A DNA stretch of 51,699 bases from assembly GCA_016188145.1 (NCBI GenBank), contig JACPIJ010000060.1, forward strand, positions 1-51,699. The letters run 5' to 3'. Position numbers and translations under genes: made by a program. The stretch's first letter is position 1. Each line of letters begins with the position of its first letter. Below, in pieces: positions 26,401 to 34,837 of the stretch. The notes under the pieces were generated by a model. That model did not search any database, had not been told where the DNA came from, and saw nothing but the letters and a program-made list of their open reading frames with translations. The DNA is from Candidatus Woesearchaeota archaeon. GTDB taxonomy: Archaea > Nanobdellota > Nanobdellia > Woesearchaeales > UBA10216.

Positions 26401-27305
26401 GCAAGTTCGACTGCTCAATAGTCAACAGCCAATTTTACGAAATCACGAATGTCAGCTTTACAGCAGCAAAGGAGCAGCCTGCATCACCAAGTCCGCAGGC
26501 GCAGAATGACGGTGGTGGTGGTGGCGGTGGAGGCGGTGGTGGGGGTGGTGGAGGGGGTACGGCAGCAAGCACAGGCGGCTCTTTGGCAAGGGTGTCACAG
26601 GTGTTTACAGCAGTCAAGGAAGGTGAAACTGCGATTATGAGGATTAACAGGTCAAGCATAGCTTTCACGAAGGTAAGATTTACGGCAGCGTCATCCCTGT
26701 CAAACATCAACATTAATGTTGAGCTTCTTAATGAGTCGAGCGTTTCAACTAGGCTTTCCACCCCTGAAACATCATTCTCTGTTTACCAGTACCTGAGCAT
26801 TACATCAAAGCTTACCTTCCTTGACATAACCGGTGCTGCAGTTGAGTTCAGGGTTCCAAGGCAGTGGCTGTCGGACAGGGGCTTCAATGCAAGGCAGGTT
26901 TCGCTGTTCAGGCACTCAGCCGGCTCATGGGACAGGATGAGGGCTGTGCTTTTCAGCGAGGACAGCAGCTATTACTACTATTCAGCCGATTTGCCGGCGT
27001 TTTCGCTTTTCGCAATCGCTGCTGAGAAGCTTGGAGAAGAGGAAAAGCCTGTTGCCGGAGAACCTCTCCTGGTACCGCCAAATGCGACAGAAGCAAAACC
27101 GGCTGATCAAACCGCAGTTTCGCTGCAAAAAGAGTCTCTTTTCAAATCGGTATTTTCTGAAAGGAAGTTCAAGCTTGTGGCAGCAGCTGCCGCTGTTGCC
27201 CTCGTTCTGCTGGCAGCCATTTTCCTTAAAATGTTCAGAAAAATGAGGGAGCAGGAAAGAGTAAGCGACTTTGTGTCCACAGTTTCTAGAATAAGGCGTA
27301 AATGA
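23469..27305 (+). CDS. membrane-anchored subtilisin-like (S8) serine protease fused to a long glycosylated stalk
   Basis: Catalytic motifs VCVIDTGVNYSHPAL (Asp), HGHGSHVAGIVAS (His), AASGNQG (Asn) and SGTSMAAPHVSGAIALL (Ser). An I9-like propeptide comes first. After the protease come sequon-rich Ig/cadherin-like repeats, a DFDGDAIPDIYDDDIDNDGVQNGQD calcium-type motif, a 16-Gly tract, a PGF-pre-PGF-like domain (...VYQYLSI...FRVPRQWL...AFSLFAIAA) and a TM anchor. A leaderless-type GTG start lies about 25 nt downstream of CTTTATAAAT. Confidence 0.85.
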   Translation: MLAKLDSRAVSRLVFLVAVAAAAAVLFGKLFVAASASSEEPVKVIVYVKDGSWEKKLVRGIYPAAAAVSSQSVLESLPAGEVEAGHRFSSFDGFVATVSRAAYEQLKANPNLEVYEDGFSSIMLDGSAPLVNSTITHGLVYNSSNITGNTISVCVIDTGVNYSHPALGGCTTSQFTGGTCAKVLSGYDFFNSDNDPMDNHGHGSHVAGIVASTDSTYRGIAPNASIIALNACSNAGSCPNSNITAAIDWCVNNASKFNISVISISLGGGLYNSYCDNDDSAGVFKLPIDTAVVNNISVVAASGNQGVSVTQGSTTQIRAPACIQNATAVSSTTKQDAVAATADRNNITDLLAPGDSITSVNYNTGGFTSKSGTSMAAPHVSGAIALLAQFRKLTAGVNITVNESFLALNTTGVNVTDTDGNGIQYARINVYKASLWLDSDPPNITYVAPTLANNSNSSSTNVFVNITSSEILHTALLEWNNNTNITNYSMVQNGSALAWARNHTSSSSGVITYRVWGNDSAGNWGVAENRTVQVNNTPPRIDLFLPANINHNITEPANQTFNITYTDTENDAVIVDWYVNGTLQASARNTNFTFLGNFSQASQQRNGTYNITAVVSDGSLSNQLNWTLTVNNTNRAPQWANASNQTSAEDAPLNFTVIATDLDNDTITYFLNNTINFTINATTGNITFNLSGAGNFSGTFYLAINASDGLANASEVIFVNITAVNDTPTLFTISNFTLNETDFANITAVADDAENDLLNFTINDTARFNFTTRNQSAANFSWKTNITDAGTYQFRVNATDFNTSSIGFFNVTVVDRPDFDGDAIPDIYDDDIDNDGVQNGQDSILGNFSSLNSSTLLSSALNVTINGTANASRLLSDTLFVNVSNSTRSLLAFYWNFSLSNLSLNFTVDVQAPAASVGFILIKGLVLQQNQTKNITINVVSGSNSVCVKDADVSSINDVSSGCSGANETLISCPGVAGKFDCSIVNSQFYEITNVSFTAAKEQPASPSPQAQNDGGGGGGGGGGGGGGGGTAASTGGSLARVSQVFTAVKEGETAIMRINRSSIAFTKVRFTAASSLSNININVELLNESSVSTRLSTPETSFSVYQYLSITSKLTFLDITGAAVEFRVPRQWLSDRGFNARQVSLFRHSAGSWDRMRAVLFSEDSSYYYYSADLPAFSLFAIAAEKLGEEEKPVAGEPLLVPPNATEAKPADQTAVSLQKESLFKSVFSERKFKLVAAAAAVALVLLAAIFLKMFRKMREQERVSDFVSTVSRIRRK
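26511..26558 (+). repeat. GGN microsatellite encoding 16 consecutive glycines
   Basis: ggt ggt ggt ggt ggc ggt gga ggc ggt ggt ggg ggt ggt gga ggg ggt, read directly from the sequence. Confidence 0.95.
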
Positions 27306-27579
27306 ACGGCGATAATGGGGATGCTTGCCCGAATATTATGAGCATGCCCACAAGCACAAGCGTTACTATTATTGGCAGGAGCCACCACTTCTTCCTGACC
27401 TTCATGAAGCTCCAGGCCTCCCTCACAAGGTAGAAGTGTCTCTGCAGGAAACCTTCCCTTCCCTCATTTTTGCCAAGTACCTCTGCAATTCTTGCTTCTT
27501 CACCTGTTTGAGCTTGAGCTTCCCGATTTTCATTCCGGGCTTGTTTGCCTTTGTCCATTTCAGTTTTTCCGTTCTTCAT
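27286..27579 (-). CDS. DUF5989-family small membrane protein with a charged N-terminal extension
   Basis: The C-terminus VREAWSFMKVRKKWWLLPIIVTLVLVGMLIIFGQASPLSPFIYALF matches the DUF5989 signature (RKKWWL...PFIY-LF). It sits 12 nt downstream of the SGNH gene. Confidence 0.7.
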   Translation of the reverse strand: MKNGKTEMDKGKQARNENREAQAQTGEEARIAEVLGKNEGREGFLQRHFYLVREAWSFMKVRKKWWLLPIIVTLVLVGMLIIFGQASPLSPFIYALF

Positions 27580-27591
27580 ATTACTGCGTTT

Positions 27592-28797
27592 TTATATTTT
27601 GGCTTTTATCCTCAAATCCTCAACTGCAGCGGTTTGTGTGCTGTAGTTTGCCAGGCCCTTGTAAAGCTCTTCTGCAAATAGCTTGTCGCCTTCCTTTGTG
27701 AAGTGCACGAAGGACTGGTACAGGGTTTTGCCTTCAGCCTCGCGCTTCAGAAATTCGTCTGTAGGGTCTATCAGCATTATTCCATTCCTGGCGCTTATGT
27801 CTGTAATCCTTTCCCGGATGGCTTGCATGTTTGTTCTGTTAGTGCTGAGGTTGGCTGCCTGCAGGAAGTCCTCGTACTCCTTTTCGCCCACTTCCCACCT
27901 TGCAGGGATATAGGCCAGGGCAAGCTTTGCTCCTCTCTGCTCGGTTTCTGCTTTCATGGTTCTTATCAGCAGCTCAGTTTTGTTCCAGGCGTCTTCTACG
28001 GCCTGCTTCTCATCCGGCGCCAGGTCCGTGACATAGGGATGCTTTTTGAAATCTGTTGCGGTTGCTGCCCCTGTTGCAACGCTAAAGCCAAGCCTTGCCA
28101 TTATTGGATTGAGGAGCTTGAACTGTGTTGCGTGCAGCTGGAAGTAGCTGCAAAATGCAGAGTAGAAGCTGCATTTTATGATTAGCTTCTTCGCCCCGTT
28201 CCCAAGCATTGTTCCTCCAACATCTGTTGGCAGTATGCTTTCGTTCTCAACCCTGAAGAGCCTGCTTACCGCCACGTTTCCCAGGTCGTTCTGGTAGTAA
28301 GTGAGCACAACGACGTCAGGATTATAGCTAAGAGCTTGTGTTATCAGGTACTTGTACTCGTTGTCTGTGCCCCACGAGCTTGTGCCGTAGCTTATTACCT
28401 CGTGCCTTGCTGATGATTGCTGGCTTGCATAGCTGTTTAGCCTGTTCTGCAGAAGCGCCGTGAAGTGATTTTCTTTTTCTGTGTAGAGCCCTTCAACAAA
28501 GGAGTCCCCAACAATGAAGATTCTTTTTGTGCCTGGCGGTTTTTCTTTTTTCGGGTTCTGGTTAACGAAACCTTCCTGGTTTGTCCAGAACTCGTGCTGC
28601 CCTTCCGGGCTTTTGTACACCCCGACGAAGTTTGGCTTTGGTTTATAGTTGAGCTCGTCGTCTGAGACGTATATTGATTTGTACGGCCAGTAGAACCTGA
28701 AGAACACCTCGATGACTATTGCGCACGCAAGCAGCGTTATTGCAAGCAGCAGCATCTTTTTTACCAGCTGATTCGTTTTCATCGGTTGCTCCATCAT
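27592..28797 (-). CDS. SGNH/GDSL-like hydrolase with an N-terminal TM anchor
   Basis: Block I RIFIVGDSFVEG, block III-like YYQNDLGN, and block V-like SFVHFTKEGDKLFAEEL. The N-terminal hydrophobic helix is LLLAITLLACAIVIEVFF. Confidence 0.6.
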   Translation of the reverse strand: MMEQPMKTNQLVKKMLLLAITLLACAIVIEVFFRFYWPYKSIYVSDDELNYKPKPNFVGVYKSPEGQHEFWTNQEGFVNQNPKKEKPPGTKRIFIVGDSFVEGLYTEKENHFTALLQNRLNSYASQQSSARHEVISYGTSSWGTDNEYKYLITQALSYNPDVVVLTYYQNDLGNVAVSRLFRVENESILPTDVGGTMLGNGAKKLIIKCSFYSAFCSYFQLHATQFKLLNPIMARLGFSVATGAATATDFKKHPYVTDLAPDEKQAVEDAWNKTELLIRTMKAETEQRGAKLALAYIPARWEVGEKEYEDFLQAANLSTNRTNMQAIRERITDISARNGIMLIDPTDEFLKREAEGKTLYQSFVHFTKEGDKLFAEELYKGLANYSTQTAAVEDLRIKAKI

Positions 28798-28846
28798 GCT
28801 CCATAGGCAATTGCTTAATAATTGTTTAGTCTTTGCTTAGTTTTGC

Positions 28847-30574
28847 TTAGTCCTTAGCGAGGCTTTCGCTGTCCCAGAGGTCTTTTTTGTTGTCTTCTCT
28901 CCTGATTAGGAAGTTGTCCATTGCAAGGTAGTCGATGCCTGTGCCCGTGAAGCAGCGGTAGGCATGCTCCGGTGTCATCACAATTGGCTCCCCCCTGATG
29001 TTGAATGAGGTGTTGACAAGTATGGGCACCCTGCTGAGCTTTTCAAACTCCCTGAGGAGGTCATAGTATCTCTGGTTTGCCTTTCTCCTTATGGTCTGGA
29101 GCCGTCCTGAGCCGTCAACATGGGTCACTGCCGGCAGCAGCTTTCGCGCTTCCTTCCTTACAGGGTAAACAAATGACATGAATGGCACTTCTATGTCGGC
29201 CTCGAAATACTTTCTGGCATCCTCCGCGGCCACAACAGGGGCGAAGGGCCTGAACTGCTCCCTGTGCTTCACCTTCATGTTCAGTATGTCCCTCATTTCC
29301 GGATTGCACGGGTTGGCAAGGATGCTCCTGTTTCCCAAAGCCCTTTCGCCAAACTCCATCCTGCCCTGGAACCATCCAACGACGTTGTTCTCCCATAGCA
29401 GCTTTGCAACGGTTTTGACAAGTTCTTTTTCAGGCAGTTCCTTGTAGGCAATGCTGCGGTTGTCAAGGAAACTTTTTATGCCATCATGGCTGAATCCAGG
29501 TCCCAGGTCAGCCACGTTCATCACAAAGCTTCTCGGCTTTCCAAGCAGCATGTGGTAAACAACTGTTGCAGCACCGACAGCAGCTCCGGGATCAGATGGC
29601 GCTGGGGGCACGTAAACGTTCCTGAACGGCGTCATCCTTGTCAGCTTGCCATTGGCTACGGAGTTTAGCGCTACCCCTCCTGCCAGGCACAGGTTTTTTG
29701 TCTTGGTAAGCTCGTGAAGATGATTTACGGCAGCGAATACCACCTCCTCAACCACCTTTTGCAGCGATGCTGCGATGTCCTTGTGCCTTTCCTCAACGAC
29801 TGCCTCCTTCTTCCTCACAGGGCCGAATTTTTCCTCAAACCTTTTGCTCAGCATCCTTGTGCCGTAATGGAACGTGAAATAGCCCATGTCAAGCCTGTAG
29901 CTGCCATCCTCCTTTACGTCTATTATTTTCCTGAACCTTTCATAGTATGTCGGCTTGCCATAAGGCGCAAGTCCCATGACTTTGTATTCGTCGTTGTTTA
30001 CCTTGAATCCGAGATATGCGGTTACCGAGCTGTAGAGCAGGCCCAGCGAGTGCGGGAAATGGAGTTCTTTGAGCAGCGTCACTTCAGTGCCCTTTCCGTA
30101 GCCAAGCGTAGTGGTTGTCCATTCCCCAACGCCGTCTGCCGTGAATATTGCCGCTTCCTCAAAGGGCGAGACGTGGAATGAGCTGGCAGCGTGGGCCATG
30201 TGGTGCTCCACGAAGAACACCTTGCCATCGTACCTGAGCCTCTTCCTAAGCAGGCTTGGTATTCTAAGCTTTTCAGTTATCCAGCTCGGCAGGGCCTGCA
30301 CGAACGCCTTGTACGACTTTGGGAAGGTCTCTATATGCGAGCTCAACAGCCTTTCAAACTTTAGCAATGGTTTTTCATAAAAACCAATGGCATCAACCTT
30401 ATCAATAGTCAGTCCTGCTTGTTCAAGGCAGTACCTTATGGCGTTTTCAGGAAAGCTTATGTCGTGCTTCTTTCTCGTCCACCGCTCTTCCTGCGCAGCA
30501 GCCACTATCTTGCCGTCCTGTAGCAGCGCCGCTGAACTGTCATGGTAAAAGCATGATATGCCCAGTATGTTCAT
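28847..30574 (-). CDS. carbamoyltransferase (NodU/CmcH family, COG2192)
   Basis: MNILGISCFYHDSSAALLQDGKIVAAAQEERWTRKKHD is the hallmark N-terminus. At 575 aa it has the family-typical two-domain length. Confidence 0.9.
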   Translation of the reverse strand: MNILGISCFYHDSSAALLQDGKIVAAAQEERWTRKKHDISFPENAIRYCLEQAGLTIDKVDAIGFYEKPLLKFERLLSSHIETFPKSYKAFVQALPSWITEKLRIPSLLRKRLRYDGKVFFVEHHMAHAASSFHVSPFEEAAIFTADGVGEWTTTTLGYGKGTEVTLLKELHFPHSLGLLYSSVTAYLGFKVNNDEYKVMGLAPYGKPTYYERFRKIIDVKEDGSYRLDMGYFTFHYGTRMLSKRFEEKFGPVRKKEAVVEERHKDIAASLQKVVEEVVFAAVNHLHELTKTKNLCLAGGVALNSVANGKLTRMTPFRNVYVPPAPSDPGAAVGAATVVYHMLLGKPRSFVMNVADLGPGFSHDGIKSFLDNRSIAYKELPEKELVKTVAKLLWENNVVGWFQGRMEFGERALGNRSILANPCNPEMRDILNMKVKHREQFRPFAPVVAAEDARKYFEADIEVPFMSFVYPVRKEARKLLPAVTHVDGSGRLQTIRRKANQRYYDLLREFEKLSRVPILVNTSFNIRGEPIVMTPEHAYRCFTGTGIDYLAMDNFLIRREDNKKDLWDSESLAKD

Positions 30575-30592
30575 TTGTTACCCCGGAATCTT

Positions 30593-30874
30593 TTAGAACG
30601 CCCTGTAAGACTCCTTGCTGCTGTAATCCTCTTTCTTCCTCTCAATCCAGTAGCTTTGCTTCTTTTCATCTGGCTTAAGATCTAAGAACCTTTTCCTGGC
30701 CACCTTGGCAATGGCAGCAGTTGCGGCAAAAGCGGTGAAGTAAACGGCAGTTAAAAGAACATAATTCACCAGAATGGCAACCTTTTTCCCAACGAACTCA
30801 AATGGTTTGAGTGCCAGCTTCAGCCTTTTCAGCTTGCCCAGCGGCTTTAGAAAGTCAAAAATCCCCATTTTCAA
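30593..30874 (-). CDS. SxtJ-like small membrane protein (C-terminal-half homologue)
   Basis: VNYVLLTAVYFTAFAATAAIAKVARKRFLDLKPDEKKQSYWIERK resembles the conserved SxtJ C-terminal pattern (...L-x-LK......SYW/F-x-R). It lies directly upstream of the carbamoyltransferase, as in bacterial clusters. Confidence 0.5.
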   Translation of the reverse strand: MKMGIFDFLKPLGKLKRLKLALKPFEFVGKKVAILVNYVLLTAVYFTAFAATAAIAKVARKRFLDLKPDEKKQSYWIERKKEDYSSKESYRAF

Positions 30875-31019
30875 GTCAGGAGCGGGTTTAGGCTGTTTTT
30901 TAAATGTTTTTATCCGTCACTGTGCTCAATGCAGGCACATAGAAAACTTTAAATATGCCTGCCACAGTTTATTCCTCGTTTCTTTGCTTTAGTTCATGGG
31001 ATTGTGAAAGAGGTGTTGG

Positions 31020-34000
31020 ATGAGTAAAGCAGGCGGTTTATTCAGGCTATCTGTTTCCTTTGCTGCCGTTGCGGTGTTTGCAGCCGTTTTAGTGCTCCTT
31101 TTCAGCTCGTTTGGCAGCGGGCAGCAGGGCCCTCCTCCTTGCACTCCAGGTCCCTTTGTCCTTCGTGGAACAGTCCTTAACAGCAGCTTCCACAACGCCT
31201 CATCTAACAACGTAACCCTTTGGAATGGCTCTAACGTTAACATCTCGATTTTTAACATGTCCTTCTCCCAGTTCGGGGAGCCGCAGAAGGTATTCATAAA
31301 CCAGACAAACACTAGTTCGATGAACGGCTCGTTTATTTTAAACACAGCCTCTGGCAACTGCGACACCTTATACACGCTAAGCGTTGTTGCTTATAACATT
31401 TCGACCTGGAACGCCTTGGAAATAGGCCCGACGCTGCCTCCTGTTCCCAAAGGCGCTTTGATAGCCTTTATGGACAACAGCACCATTTATCTCCAGCCCG
31501 CTGTCACTTTGAACCTTACGGCATGGAACGGCACTGCCATGGTTAATTTCAGCAACCTTATCTTTGATGACGCGCTGGGCTTCCCGATTTCTGAGGACTT
31601 CAGGACCCTCCGCTTCAACACTTCCATTGTTGTGCCAAGGGCTAAGAACTATACGATTATGATGATGCGGCCGCCGCAATTTGACCCTGGGGACCCTAAT
31701 CCCTTTAACCTTGCCTTGCCGCCCCAGACAATATCTGTCCAGAACGCGTCGAACTATTCAAGCAGCCAGTTTGTCATAAGCATTAACAAGAGCCTTGCCT
31801 TCGCGCTAAACACGATTTCTGGCAACATAACCATTGACGGAAGCAATTCGACAGCTGTTAACGTTACCCAGATTGTTGTGAAGCTCGGCATTGCCGGACT
31901 GGTGCCTCCAAACTCTGACCTGCAGATTTCCGGCGGTACTGCAATAAACCAAACCCCAGGCGGCGGCAATCACGTTGCCAACTACAGCGCAACTGTCATG
32001 AGCTCTACCAGCGGGATTTACCAGATTCTTGAGTTTTACGGCGCAAATACCTCAGGCATGAGTTCAGGCGGCGGCGAGTATTTTGCTTATTTCAGCAACT
32101 TCACAGTAACCGGAAATATTGTCCACAACCTGACATTGAAGAAGCTTGCAGGCAATTACTCAAGCGTTAGCAGCGGTTCAACGACCCTTAACACCAGCTT
32201 TGTGAGGATAAACATCAGCGATGCCAACGGCCTGCCCTTGGATGATGCGCACACAGAGCTTAAGGTTGACATGGTTGGCCACAAGACAAACTTCCCGACG
32301 TTCAGGTACATGGTCGACCAGCTGAGCGGCGGAATAATAAGTCTCCCAATCCTTAACGGCAGCAACGCTACCTTGTTAGTCTTTAACAGGCAATTTGCCC
32401 CTCTTAAGTTCAAGCTTAACGTAACGAACGCATCCAGGGAGCCAAATGGCATAATCAAGGTCACGCTGAACGCCTTCAAGCCCAGGAAGTTCCAGGCAAA
32501 CGGCAGCTTTGAGGACTTCTCAGGCAGCAAGGCAGGCGAGTTCAGGCTTACCTTCATGAGGAACAGCGCTGCCTGCAACGTTTTTAATGCCAGTGTTGAA
32601 AGCTGCAGGCTGTTCAAGGATGACTTTGACGCTGGCGGGTTTAACCCTCTGAAGGTCATGGCTACTGGCAAGGTCAACATGCTTATGGAGATTAACACGA
32701 CTGGCGTGAAGGTTTACTTTATAGGGGTTGACATGCTCGCTTCAGGCCCCCCCGAGGCTTCGATGAGCGACAGCGCGCTTAGGGCGGACACGAACGGCAG
32801 CAGCTATCAGGAGCTCTTCAAGTTCGGCAGCGCAGCACCCAATATTTACGACAATGTATTTGTTGGCATGCCGTACAATTATTCAAGGCTTGATGACTCC
32901 AAGCAGATTAATTTCACGATTAAGGAGCTTTTCGATGACACCGGCTCTCTTGCATGGAACAGCAGCGTAACCCCGAATTCAAGCATCCCTTCCGAATGGT
33001 CTGATTACGACACAAGGTGGTTAAACACAACTAATGGCGGAATGCCCTGCACCAGCACTGAAGATGCGAACTCAACAAATGCTACCTGCTTCGTGAACAC
33101 AACCACCAACTACGTCTGGATTAGCCTGCCGCACTTCTCTGACGGCCAGGGAGGCCCGCAGGGCAGCGATTCCACGCCGCCAGCTGCGCCTGCGCTAATA
33201 AACATATCAGCCACGCTTGGCGGCAACGCCATGATAAACTGGACTGACGTTTCTGGCGAAACAGGGGAGAGCTACATAATTTTCAGGTCCGCGACAAACA
33301 TCAGCACGCTTTGGAATAACCTTACCAATTACTCCGGCATAAACTACGTTATTAACATCACAAATCTCACTTCCACAAGCAGGATTGGCGAGGGCGTGCA
33401 GACCTACATTGACAACATAACCCTTAACGGCAGCGTTTTCTATTACGCTGTTGCCGCTGTTGACGCAACCGGAAACCTGCAAAACAGCAGCCCCACAGGC
33501 GGTGTTAACGTGTCCAGCAGCTACAACATTACTATTAATGATACTATATTACCTCGTTCACCAACAAACCTTACCCTGACCGCTTCAGGCGCTACAGTCA
33601 CCCTTACATGGCTTAACGTAACCCAGGATGTTAACGGCATGGCAGACTTCTACGGCCGCGTTTACAGGATTTATCGCTCTGCCGTGAACGAAACCAAGGT
33701 TAACCTTAGTGCCGGCGTTAATGTGACGGCAGCAAACATGACCTATCTGAAAAACGTTACCGCTAATTCAACAACAGACACAGGACTTGTAGGAGGCAAC
33801 TACCATTATGCAATCACAACTGTTGATGATGCCGGAAACGAAAACGTTACCGTGTACGTTCCAAGCGCTGATCGCAATTATAACAATGTAAGCGTCACCC
33901 CGTCTGCCGGCAGCGGAGATGGCAGTAGTAGCGGCGGTGGAAGCAGTGGTGGGGGAGGTGGAGGAACGCCTGCTCCAAGCGAGGGTACAAAGGTGTCCAA

Positions 34001-34826
34001 AAAATGGGACGCCCTGCCTGCAGGCACTTCAACAATGAACATTGCGAATGATAAGGTAAGCTTCAAGGCGCTTGATATCACCACTGCGAACAGCGCTTCT
34101 AACGTTGAAATATCCGTAACAGCGCTTGCCTCAAAGCCAACCGTAAAAAGGGAGGTGCAGGGCAAGGTCTACCAGTACATAAAGATTGACAAGACTAACC
34201 TTAGGGACGCTGATGTTTCCGAGGTCAAAATTGAGTTCAAGGTAGAGAAGAAATGGTTTGACCAGAACTCCGGCTCCATCAAGAATATAATTCTGCAGCG
34301 CTACTCCAGCGACCTGTGGACATCCCTTGATACGGTTTACAAGCGCTCTGACACTACTGACAATTATTTCGAGTCAACCTCACCAGGCTTGTCGCTGTTT
34401 GCGGTTGTCCTCAAGCCTGCCGCTGAGGGAACGCCGAAGCCAAAAGCAAACGAAACGCCAGTGAATATCAGCGCGGCAGCAGGCAACGAGTCCGGAATTG
34501 AAGCAGCCAAGGGGGAAAAAGGCGGCAAAGCCAGCGGCAAAGCCCTGCTGTTTGCCGTTATAGCGCTTGCTGTTCTGGCGGTTGGCGGAGGCGCGTTCTT
34601 TGTAATCAAGAAGAAAGGCGGCGGGATGGGCGGCTTTAGCTTCCCGAACCCGTTCAGCAGGTTTGGCAAAGGAGGCAGAGGGAAAGGAGCAGGCGGCAGG
34701 GGCAAATCGCGCGATGCGGAAGAGGCAGCCGAAATTGTCAGGGAGTACGAGAGCCAGCGCTCCGGCCGGCAGGAGCGCCCGCCTCAGCAGGACCAGAGGG
34801 GCAGGCCCCCTGAGGCGTTTAATTAG
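31020..34826 (+). CDS. giant sequon-rich surface glycoprotein with FN3-like modules, a PGF-pre-PGF-like domain, a TM anchor and a Gly/Arg-rich cytoplasmic tail
   Basis: 1268 aa. FN3-like segments: PPAAPALINISATLGGNAMINWTDV...YYAVAAVDATGN and PRSPTNLTLTASGATVTLTWLNV...YHYAITTVDDAGNEN. These are followed by GGGSSGGGGGGTP, then ...VYQYIKIDK...EFKVEKKWF...LSLFAVV, the TM helix ALLFAVIALAVLAVGGGAFFVI, and the tail KKKGGGMGGFSFPNPFSRFGKGGRGKGAGGRGKSR. GAGGTG precedes the ATG. Confidence 0.8.
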   Translation: MSKAGGLFRLSVSFAAVAVFAAVLVLLFSSFGSGQQGPPPCTPGPFVLRGTVLNSSFHNASSNNVTLWNGSNVNISIFNMSFSQFGEPQKVFINQTNTSSMNGSFILNTASGNCDTLYTLSVVAYNISTWNALEIGPTLPPVPKGALIAFMDNSTIYLQPAVTLNLTAWNGTAMVNFSNLIFDDALGFPISEDFRTLRFNTSIVVPRAKNYTIMMMRPPQFDPGDPNPFNLALPPQTISVQNASNYSSSQFVISINKSLAFALNTISGNITIDGSNSTAVNVTQIVVKLGIAGLVPPNSDLQISGGTAINQTPGGGNHVANYSATVMSSTSGIYQILEFYGANTSGMSSGGGEYFAYFSNFTVTGNIVHNLTLKKLAGNYSSVSSGSTTLNTSFVRINISDANGLPLDDAHTELKVDMVGHKTNFPTFRYMVDQLSGGIISLPILNGSNATLLVFNRQFAPLKFKLNVTNASREPNGIIKVTLNAFKPRKFQANGSFEDFSGSKAGEFRLTFMRNSAACNVFNASVESCRLFKDDFDAGGFNPLKVMATGKVNMLMEINTTGVKVYFIGVDMLASGPPEASMSDSALRADTNGSSYQELFKFGSAAPNIYDNVFVGMPYNYSRLDDSKQINFTIKELFDDTGSLAWNSSVTPNSSIPSEWSDYDTRWLNTTNGGMPCTSTEDANSTNATCFVNTTTNYVWISLPHFSDGQGGPQGSDSTPPAAPALINISATLGGNAMINWTDVSGETGESYIIFRSATNISTLWNNLTNYSGINYVINITNLTSTSRIGEGVQTYIDNITLNGSVFYYAVAAVDATGNLQNSSPTGGVNVSSSYNITINDTILPRSPTNLTLTASGATVTLTWLNVTQDVNGMADFYGRVYRIYRSAVNETKVNLSAGVNVTAANMTYLKNVTANSTTDTGLVGGNYHYAITTVDDAGNENVTVYVPSADRNYNNVSVTPSAGSGDGSSSGGGSSGGGGGGTPAPSEGTKVSKKWDALPAGTSTMNIANDKVSFKALDITTANSASNVEISVTALASKPTVKREVQGKVYQYIKIDKTNLRDADVSEVKIEFKVEKKWFDQNSGSIKNIILQRYSSDLWTSLDTVYKRSDTTDNYFESTSPGLSLFAVVLKPAAEGTPKPKANETPVNISAAAGNESGIEAAKGEKGGKASGKALLFAVIALAVLAVGGGAFFVIKKKGGGMGGFSFPNPFSRFGKGGRGKGAGGRGKSRDAEEAAEIVREYESQRSGRQERPPQQDQRGRPPEAFN

Positions 34827-34837
34827 ACTTTTTCCAT

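Noticed and set aside
30989-31375. 128-aa minus-strand ORF overlapping the start of the 31020 gene.
   Set aside because: It is antisense to the signal-peptide region of a strongly supported gene, and it would run through that gene's promoter.
33900-34826. I looked for PGF-CTERM / archaeosortase sorting signals at the C-termini of the envelope proteins.
   Set aside because: No PGF tripeptide precedes any of the C-terminal TM helices, and the tails are long and basic rather than the short tail typical of PGF-CTERM.
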